In this document: positions 1 to 9,794 of the stretch, one piece after another | Position numbering within the stretch: position 1 is the stretch's first letter | Layout of the letters: the number at the start of each line of letters is the position of its first letter | Source: Saccostrea cucullata | Lineage: Eukaryota | Length of the DNA: 64,000 nucleotides | Assembly: GCF_032062105.1 (NCBI RefSeq) | Contig: NW_026929448.1 | Coordinates: 62,001-126,000 of the forward strand | Direction of reading: 5' to 3' | Made by a program: the position numbers and the translations under genes | Notes under the pieces: model-generated | The model's database searches: none | What the model saw: the letters and a program-made list of their open reading frames with translations, nothing else | Told to the model about the DNA's origin: nothing

Positions 1-1091
1 GTTTGGTGTTGTTTTTTTTTATAGAAATCTAAAACGTCATAAAGAGGAACGTCATGACTTATAGACAGTTGACGTTATATATGCTGTCACGTCCTGCTGT
101 CAAAATAATACTTATGGGAAATAATAATAACAGTTAATATAATTATATTTTATTAAAATAGGCCCTTCTTTAAGAATTTGAAAGTTTTTATTAAGGGTTT
201 TCAACAATGCTCGTAAACATGGGACTAGCAGATCCTTATTTTAGAGCAATATCATAAAAAATGAAAAGAAAAGGGTTAAGTGAGCAAATGTAAAAATAGG
301 CCTTCCTAAATTGATAGACAAAGTGACCTTTTATCTCGCGATATCATTATCTAACTTTGTCTTCTTGTGGTAATTAAATTACAAATAAATCTTTTTTTTC
401 TGTTTTTGAATATTTTCCAACTCCTGCACTAACATTATAGCAGTATATTGAAAGATGAGATTTGATTCAGTAACTAGCCAGGTAAATGTGACCCCAATAC
501 TTCTTGCTGAAGCTGGAAATGAATAGGGATCATAATATACTTTTCTGTACACTTTTATGCATGTGTACAACAAAGTTTAATAAAGTTGGATAGAATTATT
601 AAAAGCCATTGTCATAAAGTGCCAGAAGATTCATCCTGTCAACAAAAAAGAAGAATGGAAGAATTAATGCTTTGAGGGTTTTAAAAATTTTATTCTTATA
701 ACAATATCTTTTCTAATTTTCTTTTTACAGTCATTGAAATAATGGTCTAATTCACTAAATATACATATATTTATATAGATAATAAAATCCATGTGAAAAT
801 AATAATATTTACATGTAGAGCAGCTTTTTGTTACAATCAGACAAGTAAACATGAAAAAAAAAATTTGTAACTGTTTACTTGTGGAGCGGCCCAATCCCCC
901 CCCCCAACCCTGAAATAACACTCCCACATAAAAACATAATTAATCTACAAGTAATAAGAAATTCCAAAACTACCATTATGTACATGAACTTCAAATTTCA
1001 AAAATCTGATAGTTTACATTAAATTGGAACAGCCCAATTTTAACTCCTGAAATAACACTTGCATGTATTATTAGAACAACTGATTTATTAA

Positions 1092-3647
1092 TTATTCTTC
1101 AACTAATTCATTTTCACTTTCACTGTCTGACTGGTCAACAACTGGCAGAATGTCACTGGCATCAAGGACACAAGTACTCCAGTCACGTACTCCAACTGAC
1201 TTGCCATCCATACTCCTGGCTTTTCCAAGATACCATATGATCGCTGAAACATGACTACACATCCCGACAACTCTAGCTCCACATGGACACAAACAATACC
1301 AAGATTCTACACAAGCCTCGTTGTATTTAATCCAAAGTGTATACTTTTTTGATGAGATGTGCCTGCTTTGAATTCTCACACGAAGCAAATGAGAGTCATC
1401 CTCATGAAACTGTATGAAACTGTCATTTTCTAAATGTTCTTGAATGTAGCTTGCGGACAACTTGAGTTGATATGTTCCTACAGTAATGTTTCTAAGCTGT
1501 TCATCATCTAAAGTTGGGAAGTTTTTCAGGTTTATCTCTGAAGCATTTTTCCAAATAGCACTTTTTCGGCCAAGGTTGTTCTTTTCCACATACTCCTGTA
1601 AGGTGTTTCCTTGTTTGGCTAAATATAACATTTTTGCTGCCTGGGCTTCATCTTCTTCCTGGCTTACACAGGTGCTCAGCTCTGGGAAATATTTGTTGTT
1701 TAAGGCACAAACAATTTTCACATAATCTCCAATAAATGGAATTTGATTTGTAGGTAATGTGTGACTTAAATATTTCCATCTTTTAATCCTTGCGTTAGAG
1801 GATTCCACAACCCAGCGAACCTGAAAATCAAAGTAATTAATGATTTATTACAATTAAGCTTTATGAAATGTCATGATTCCCAAAATAATTATTTATATGA
1901 TATGATGTTCTCTGTCTGGTCCAAATGTTTTTTTCTTAGGGTACTTTAGAGTAATTCAATTCAATATTCAACTTTAAGAACTTTATTTAAGTCCAAATTG
2001 CCTCTTGACTTGCTGTAAATTTATTGTGTATTTTGAAATCATACATTATAATTGTAAACATTAAATAGCAGAAATCAGAATTATTATATACAGAATTCAT
2101 AGAGAATCGAAGAATTAATACCGGTATATATAAAACTGCTAAGGATCACATATACAGTCACAATATAAACTACAGATTTTATCAATGATTTTTTTTATCT
2201 AACATTTATATGACAGATATTAAAAGTATTTTGGAAAGAGAAAAAAAGACAATTAAAGAAAGTTTGGGAACCCCAAGAGCTTAATTTTGCTTACTTTGGT
2301 TACTAATCTGCTCATGTTTGCATCCTCTGTGGTCAACTGCTTTTGGCCTTTAGACATAAACTTTGGCATCTCGGCTTGAATTCCCAAATCTTCAAGAAGA
2401 GGAATGGCATCACGAAATCCTCTGTCCACCACAAAAATATCCTCATCTTTAACCCACTTCTTGATGTCTTCTACATTGGTCTTGATTATGTGTGTTAATA
2501 TTGATGCATCATTGTTTTTGAAATCTGAAAGGTAGGGTCCAAGCACAGACACAAAATAGCCAGAAGTTGTTACAATCACCATCGGTTTTAAGAGAGGCCG
2601 ACCCTTATGAACACTATAAGACCTTCTCTGGAAATGGAAGTTGGAACTTTTATCGATGTAAATGTATGTTCCGTCAAGAACCAAAATTGCTTCCTCTCCA
2701 GTGGTTCCAAAGAGTGATGCAGCCAGAGGACGTGTATGATCTTTGATAACCTTTTCACGGGACACATGATGAAATCCAAGATTTTGTGGAACTAAATTGT
2801 TCATCAAAACTTGACGCACTGTTTTGATTGCTCTCCTTAGACTTGATTTTGTCACATTGAATAATGTTGCCAGAAATCTGTTAGAGAGTCCAGAGTTCAG
2901 CTTGCACAGAAATATAGCTAAAGTTGTTCTGACACTTCTGGATGGAGTGTTTTTTATATGATGATGTACGATCTGATATAAATCCTGAAAGTTCTCTTTG
3001 GTCAAACCAGTCAAAGAAGTGTAATCCTCATTAGTAAGACTTTCTTTGTTGTCAAAATCAAGGCGGTAGTTTTTGTTCACTTGGCAAAGATGTCGCATTT
3101 TGGAAAGGAGATCCAGTACAGAATGTTTGTTTAGAAATACATGATCTGTCGTTTTAAGATTTTGCAATGAATCAGGGGTTAAAACACCATCTCTCAAATG
3201 ATTTGGACAGCATCTGTTACCTTCTGCAATTAGAATATTGTGTTGAACGAAAACTGAGAGCCGGCATGCTGAAGACACTTGAACCAACTTAGGTCCTGGC
3301 TTTTTGCAGATGAAGCAGTATGCGTGGCTCTTGACTGTAGAAGCAATTGGCAAAGAGACTGATGGAGGACTTTTTGGAGTAGGGCGCACTGATGCCTGTA
3401 TTTGATATTCATCATCACTCTCTGGAAGCCGGGTTGTTATGGATTGCTGATGATCTGAGCGTTCCTTCCTATCCTTCCTGTATCTATGTCTGCATCTGTT
3501 GCAGATTATGGAATTGTCCAAGGCAGATATTAAGAACTTCTTCTGTAAATACCTTGATATATCCTTATTGACCTTTTTTCTGTCTCTTGGTCTAACTCTT
3601 TTGGAACAACATATGCAATTAAAATTGTTTCTCTCACACCGAGGCAT
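1092..3647 (-). CDS. DNA-transposon transposase, DDE_Tnp_4 (PIF/Harbinger/ISL2EU-like) with N-terminal Zn-binding motifs and C-terminal SWIM finger; 2 coding exons 3647-2295 and 1820-1092 (~693 aa, intact)
   Basis: Catalytic VLDGTY...VVDRGF...RWVVES across a phase-0 intron (AAA|GTAAGC ... TTTTCAG|GTT); C-terminal CLCPCGARVVGMCSH SWIM motif; acceptor just upstream of ATG 3647; no stops. Element termini not located. Confidence 0.85.
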
Positions 3648-4570
3648 CCTGAAATTACAGTAAATGAAATATTTCAGTTCCAAAATATATCATTATGTAT
3701 TATTTGTTGACCTAACAGAAACAAAAACCATAATAAAACAGATTGAGATAAATGCATTCAAAAATGTTAGGAAAGACTTATGTACAGTGCAAAATTAAAT
3801 GTCAGTCGGTCAGATTCATGCCCTTTACCGGCTAGCAGTTTATATAAAACTGTGAGTAACTTATATTTGTTTCATACAGTACTTGAAAAATTCAAGAGTC
3901 ACAAAACAAAGTCAAAATCATGTGTTTCTTTTAAGATGATTGTATCATTTTTTTTATCTAGTTTAAGGGGGGGGGGGGTATTTTGTCTGTGTGTTGGATA
4001 TTAGACCCATCAACTCTGCTATTATATTGATATTTACAGTTTGCTCCATAGCAAATACTCTTGGAATAAATGAATTATCAGTGATTCCTTAAATCTTGAT
4101 ATATTTAATACTTCTTAGATGTGATGAATTAATCAGTCATACAATCTGATTTTGATAACCACTGCAGTGAACGGGTCTTGTTACAGGTCCAGCAAAATAC
4201 TCTGATAAAGTATATTGCTTGATAAAGCTGCAGTATATCCTTATCAAGGTGATTTCCAATACCTTTATCATGGTATTTGATGTAATGAAAATTCAAAAAA
4301 ATTCTTTCAAAAATTAAATACTGAAAGTCTGAGTTTTTGTCAGTGTGTCCACTTGTGCATGAAAAGGACTCTGGTATGAAAAATACAGCATAAAAGAAGG
4401 TCTCCTCACAACATGCTTTTATACTGATTTCTTTGTGTTTGAGTACTCTAAATGTATGGGTGAATTTACTTTATAAAGCTATATATACCTTTATCGGGGT
4501 ATTGTGCTGGACCTGTGTAAGTAATGTTAAACTCTCTTTTATTTTATGTAATGACATGTCTGCTAAAACA

Positions 4571-4582
4571 TCTCTCTCTCTC

Positions 4583-4617
<35 letters not shown>
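4571..4617. repeat. (CT)n microsatellite
   Basis: Direct reading. Confidence 0.95.
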
Positions 4618-5069
4618 AAAATCCGCGTTACAGTTTCATTACAAAATTGAGAAAAAAGTTCATTAGGGCCTATACAGGTCTATAAGTTTGACAGTGTTTG
4701 AATCTCTATTGCCATTCATGTACAAATATTTCGTTAATTTTATAGCTTGAGGAAATTCAAATACATTTCCCACTGGGTACTATTATCAAGAGATAGATCA
4801 AGAAAATTTACTTTGCCAGCTGGTATATTGATCAACGGCAATCCCTAATCCCGGGCAAATGTCATTCAGGACCGAAGAGTTCAATGGATGAAAAATGTGA
4901 TAACACAGCATAGTAGCTGTACAAATAAATATATTATGTATTAATGATACGAAAACTATCTCATAATACATAAATAATATCGGAAATACTTACATTAAGC
5001 TTGAAAAGCAGCCTCTGTCACTTTCCAAGACCGAATGTGAAAGCAGACGTCATCGTCTTGATGTGTCAT

Positions 5070-8000
5070 CGTTGTTGTTGTTGTTGTTTCTTGTATTTTC
5101 CTCCGTTGACTTCGGAGCACCCTGTGAGGACAGGTAGATTTCTAAAAAATGTCTAATAATGTCATTATCAGAGTAGTGTCTATAATCGAGATATGTTCAC
5201 TGCCCTACTGTTGTGAATATCAAATAGTAGGTTCCTGCTTATCTCTTCGATATCACTTGTTATCCCACTGTTTTTTCCAAGAATGTCCAAGATCTCAGTC
5301 TTAGAACTGTCTAGCAGGCACTGTAAAAGGTTAGTCGAATTGCACATAATCTTACTGACGATCTGGGGGTTATAGTACTGGACTAGTAGTTGGTATAGTG
5401 CATCTAGATGTTTATCTCGGATGGCTTGGTATGTGGAGCAGTGGAGAATTAGGTGCTCTCTATCCTCACTGGCGGCATTGCATAGAAGACAGGTTGAAGA
5501 GACTGTGTGCTGGTTGAACTTAGCTCTGTTGGACTGTAGGATATATGTTCCGGTTACAATTTTTGCCTTGATGGAAGCTTTTGCTACTGCTCTGGTGTTG
5601 TTTGGTACGTAGTCCCATAGTTGATGTGCTTGCTTTGTTGATTTTGGTTGCAGTGCTAAGTGTTTCAAGGATGGTTTGTCTATTACTTCATTCTGCCATT
5701 GGGTTGTTTGGTGTTCCTGTATAGCCTGGTCTATCATGGTTTTCCATTTTCCTGTGGAGGGTGGTGTTTCCATTAGTTCGTAGGCAGTAGGCAGGTGGTA
5801 TTTCTGTAGGAGTTTCCTTACATGTGTGAACCAGCTATTACTGTTCTGATCTTTTAGCGCAAGTTGACGTCTGGCTACTTCATATTCTGCACTGTCTTGA
5901 TTCTTGATGATCTTGTAGAATGCTGTTAGTGTATTTTTCTCTATGCATACAGTAATTGGTATAGCCCCCAGGAGTGAGTACACAGCAATGATAGGTGTTT
6001 TTACTGATAGCCCTTGGATCTGTTTCAGTAACTTTCTCTCATAAAGGAGCAGTTCTTGTTCTTCGCTTCTAGATAGTATGACCGCCTCTAATCCATATGT
6101 CATTCTTGGTCTGCAGAATGTGGTGTAGATCTTATAAGAGACTTTAGGATTGATACCATTTTTTCCATGCAGTCCTGCCCCAAGTAGTGCATACATCGTT
6201 CTTCTGCCCAGTTGGATTCTACTTTGGATGTCGTTTTTGCCAGTTGATGATCTTATCAATCCAACATGTTTTGTCATTTCCACTTCTTCTATCTCCTTGT
6301 CACCTAAAGTCCAGGTCTGGGTTGGTCTGTTCTTGTGCGCGTTGATTATTATAACGTCGCTTTTAGAAGAGTTGATGGTGACTTTATCCCGCTTGGTTTC
6401 ATTGTGAACGATATGTAGCGCTTGTTGTAGGTCCGATGGGTTATGTGATATGAGGGCTATGTCGTCAGCAACTGTAGGACATCCAATGAAGGTGGTACCA
6501 ATGGAGGCTCCAATTTTGTTCGCTCTGAGAATATCAAGAAGCTGGTTGTTGTAAGCCTTGTACAGAGTCGATGAGAGTTTGGCTCCTTGTCGGATTCCCT
6601 GCTGGGCAACAAAACCAGTGCTCAATCCTCCTTTCCACTTTACTCTTGTGGTGGCTTCAGTCTGTAACATTTTCATTAGTACCCATGAGTCGTCTGAAAT
6701 GCCATAGTGGTAGAGCTTTTGGAATAGAATCTCGTGGTCCAGTTTATCAAATGCCTTCTCAGCGTCTAAGGTGGTGATCGCAACACTTTGACCTTTATCT
6801 TTTGCCTCATTAATACCTTCTGTTATGAGTATGGCTGCATTTACAGGTGAAGTTTTCTCAGTAAATCCTCGCTGCATTGGATTCTGTATTTTACTTATGG
6901 TTGGCTCTATATGGTTTTTTAGGATTGATTCAAGTACTTTTCCAAGTACAGGGGTAACAGCTATCCCTCTATAGTTACCTGGGATTTTGGAGTCTTTATC
7001 CTTCTTTAGCACAGGAGTTACTAGCCCAGTCTTGAGTATTTCTGGAATGTTACATTCTCTCTTAATGGTGTTTAAGATGGCAGTTGTGTATTTTACTATA
7101 GTAGCTCCACCCTTTTTGAAGTGTTCGGCTGTAAGCCCTAGATGGTCAGGTGCTTTGTTGTTGGCTAGCTTACTGATGGCATTCTCCACTTGCATTTGTG
7201 TGATGTCTGGGATCTCACATCTCTTTTTAGGGTCTTCCAGGATTTCTTTGATGAGTAAACATTCTTCTTCATTTTCCTGGTTGGCATCAGGAGTTCCAAG
7301 TCTATTGAAGTGTGTGTTCCAGCCTTTTAAAATTTGTTCATCTCCTTGTAGTTTGTGTCCGTCTAGGTATAAGGTGTCAGTTTCTGCACAGTGTGAGGTA
7401 CGTTGTTCTCGTACCAACTTGAAAAACAGTTTTTGGTTGAGATCTGCAGATTCCATTATATCGCTGTACTTCTTTTCACGTATGCGAGCTTGGGCTTGCC
7501 GCTGTTTCTGTCTCAATGTTTTCTTTGTTGCCCTCATGTTGTTGAATAGCATACAGTTTTGTCCTTTTGGAGATCCTTCCATAACCCAGTCATAGTGTGC
7601 TTTCTTAGCTATCCTAGAAGCTTGTCCAATATCCTCATTCCAGGGTGTTCGTCCTTTCTTCTTTTGAGTTCTCTTACCGTTGGCTTTATGCTTTGGTATT
7701 GCAGTTTCAGCCGCTGTATGTAGAGTGTTGCTGAGGTGTACAATATCCAATATTAGCTGAATATTGGTGTTATCGTTCTGGCATTTGGGTTCTTCGTTTA
7801 GATATTCATCAATAGAGGATTGGTATCTGGAATCATCACATTTAATCCACTTTGGTTTATGGTATTCAGTTGTTGTAGGTGGTTCGGTCTTTGTCTTCTT
7901 GTGTGGTTTTATGTAGATTTTCCCAGTGGTGAGGACATGATCGGATGTGTTGGTACTTTGCTGACCTCGTATACTGACCTGCTGTATACCATCGTCACTT

Positions 8001-8476
8001 TGGTCTTGTAGTTTGAGAAGGTAGTCAATCTGTGACGTGCTTTTGTTATCATGGTGAAAGAAAGTTGGTTCTTCAGGGTAATACTCTGGTGTGATGATGC
8101 TAAGTTCACCGCAGAATTCCCTCAGTAGATTGTCCAAATTATTAGGGTTTGGTCTATGTAAAGAAGCGTTTAGGTCACCGCCCAATAGGATAGTATGGGT
8201 TCTCCTGTATTTTGTTATGGTTTCTCTAACTACATCTAAGGAGTCTCTGTATTCTGCACTTGTATGTTTTCCACCTCTACATGGCATATAAACATTGATT
8301 ATGCATAGTGGTCTTGGCTTTGCATACAACTCGATAATAGCAATGTGGTTGTTACCTTCAGGGAGTGGTTTAATGTGGCTCGAGATGTTCTTTTGCCAGA
8401 TAGTAGCTACGCCTCCATATCCTCTAATTCGTTCTTTGTGGCTAATGGGTGAATCTTCATCAACATACCTAGCATC
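5070..8476 (-). mobile_element. 5'-truncated non-LTR retrotransposon (APE-RT LINE, RTE-X-like) with (CAA)n tail
   Basis: Reading frame open from ~8475 (…RGYGGVATIW… inside the endonuclease) to 5180; short 3' UTR ending GGAGGAAAATACAAGAAA(CAA)n at ~5071-5104. Confidence 0.9.
5180..8329 (-). CDS. LINE ORF2: AP endonuclease + reverse transcriptase + C-terminal CCHC finger (frame extends to ~8475)
   Basis: APE motifs NVYMP, GDLNA, QIDY, SDH; RT motifs NYRGI, LDAEKAFD, GIRQGAKLS, VADD; CLLC..EDREHLILHC. Confidence 0.92.
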   Translation of the reverse strand: MYAKPRPLCIINVYMPCRGGKHTSAEYRDSLDVVRETITKYRRTHTILLGGDLNASLHRPNPNNLDNLLREFCGELSIITPEYYPEEPTFFHHDNKSTSQIDYLLKLQDQSDDGIQQVSIRGQQSTNTSDHVLTTGKIYIKPHKKTKTEPPTTTEYHKPKWIKCDDSRYQSSIDEYLNEEPKCQNDNTNIQLILDIVHLSNTLHTAAETAIPKHKANGKRTQKKKGRTPWNEDIGQASRIAKKAHYDWVMEGSPKGQNCMLFNNMRATKKTLRQKQRQAQARIREKKYSDIMESADLNQKLFFKLVREQRTSHCAETDTLYLDGHKLQGDEQILKGWNTHFNRLGTPDANQENEEECLLIKEILEDPKKRCEIPDITQMQVENAISKLANNKAPDHLGLTAEHFKKGGATIVKYTTAILNTIKRECNIPEILKTGLVTPVLKKDKDSKIPGNYRGIAVTPVLGKVLESILKNHIEPTISKIQNPMQRGFTEKTSPVNAAILITEGINEAKDKGQSVAITTLDAEKAFDKLDHEILFQKLYHYGISDDSWVLMKMLQTEATTRVKWKGGLSTGFVAQQGIRQGAKLSSTLYKAYNNQLLDILRANKIGASIGTTFIGCPTVADDIALISHNPSDLQQALHIVHNETKRDKVTINSSKSDVIIINAHKNRPTQTWTLGDKEIEEVEMTKHVGLIRSSTGKNDIQSRIQLGRRTMYALLGAGLHGKNGINPKVSYKIYTTFCRPRMTYGLEAVILSRSEEQELLLYERKLLKQIQGLSVKTPIIAVYSLLGAIPITVCIEKNTLTAFYKIIKNQDSAEYEVARRQLALKDQNSNSWFTHVRKLLQKYHLPTAYELMETPPSTGKWKTMIDQAIQEHQTTQWQNEVIDKPSLKHLALQPKSTKQAHQLWDYVPNNTRAVAKASIKAKIVTGTYILQSNRAKFNQHTVSSTCLLCNAASEDREHLILHCSTYQAIRDKHLDALYQLLVQYYNPQIVSKIMCNSTNLLQCLLDSSKTEILDILGKNSGITSDIEEISRNLLFDIHNSRAVNISRL

Positions 8477-9431
8477 ATTTCGCGTCTATATACTTTCGGT
8501 CCGTCGTTGTGCCGTATATAATTATTATTTTTTATCAATTCAATTGAGTAAATTAAAAGTTATGAAAACTCTCATATTTAAATTTTAAATATTTAAAACG
8601 AAACTACAGAAGTGCTACAGAATAAGACTCATGTTTGAAGACCTGTGAATAGACAACTGAAAGTGTTGGGGCGAAATCATGTGCAGAGAAGCTATTATTA
8701 GACAAAGGGACTTTCCTTTCTTTAATTTAGCATGACCTACATGAATATTTTTTTTATTCGGTAATATTTTATGTTTTCTCTATGTCTAATCAAATCAAAG
8801 ACTTATTTGTAAAAATTCCTTTTATTTTCTGCAAACGGGTCATTAACAAATGCCTGCACAACGTATGCATTTGGAATCCGGAATATCGTTTTTTAAATAA
8901 ATAAAATAGTGCACACACCTCGCCCCAATTTTTTTTAACATTTATGAGCAACTGATAATAAGTAGATTTTGGATCAAGAAGAATTTTGGGGGGCGAGAAA
9001 TGTGCACTGTGATAAAATTCTTTAAAATCATCAGTTTTCAGCAAAAATATCAAGAATTTGTAAAACCATGACCGGTTCTAACAACTATACAGCTCGGGAT
9101 GTGTGTCTATTTTTAAAACCGAGCATGTTTTCTTAAACCCGGGATTCTGATGTTCAATTTTTACTATAAAATTGCTTAGAAATTTTTACTTTAAATTTTG
9201 TATATTTTCAAGGCAAAATTTTTGGGTTAGTGAATTTTGTTCTTTTCGTGGTTTAAGGAAAATGTCTTGGTTCGTGGGGATTTGATTTCGTAGATCAAAA
9301 ATTAATGATTACTTATATATGTATCATTTTATAATTTGTGGTGGACATAAATTCATGGGTCTAGTCATACCTCGAAAACAATGAAAATTTAACCTTAACT
9401 ACAGTTGGATGCATCATATTTTGCATGGCTG

Positions 9432-9794
9432 TTTACATGTTGACCAACTAACCTGGTTTGTGATTGGTTTACATGTTGAGCCACTAACCTGGTTTGTGAT
9501 TGGTTTACATGTTGACCCACTAACCTGGTTTGTGATTGGTTTACATGTTGAGCCACTAACCTGGTTTGTGATTGGTTTACATGTTGAGCCACTAACCTGG
9601 TTTGTGATTGGTTTACATGTTGACCCACTAACCTGGTTTGTGATTGGTTTACATGTTGACCCACTAACCTGGTTTGTGATTGGTTTACATGTTGACCCAC
9701 TAACCTGGTTTGTGATTGGTTTACATGTTGACCCACTAACCTGGTTTGTGATTGGTTTACATGTTGACCTACTAACCTGGTTTGTGATTGGTTT
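9432..9794 (-). repeat. 36-bp tandem array (10 copies) each containing the last 18 nt of AKR exon 4 plus its GTTAG donor
   Basis: Unit AAACCAATCACAAACCAG|GTTAGTGGGTCAACATGT; junctions every 36 bp from 9777 to 9453. Confidence 0.95.

Noticed and set aside
5421-8588. Antisense and alternative-frame ORFs over the LINE
   Set aside because: Shadow frames of ORF2.
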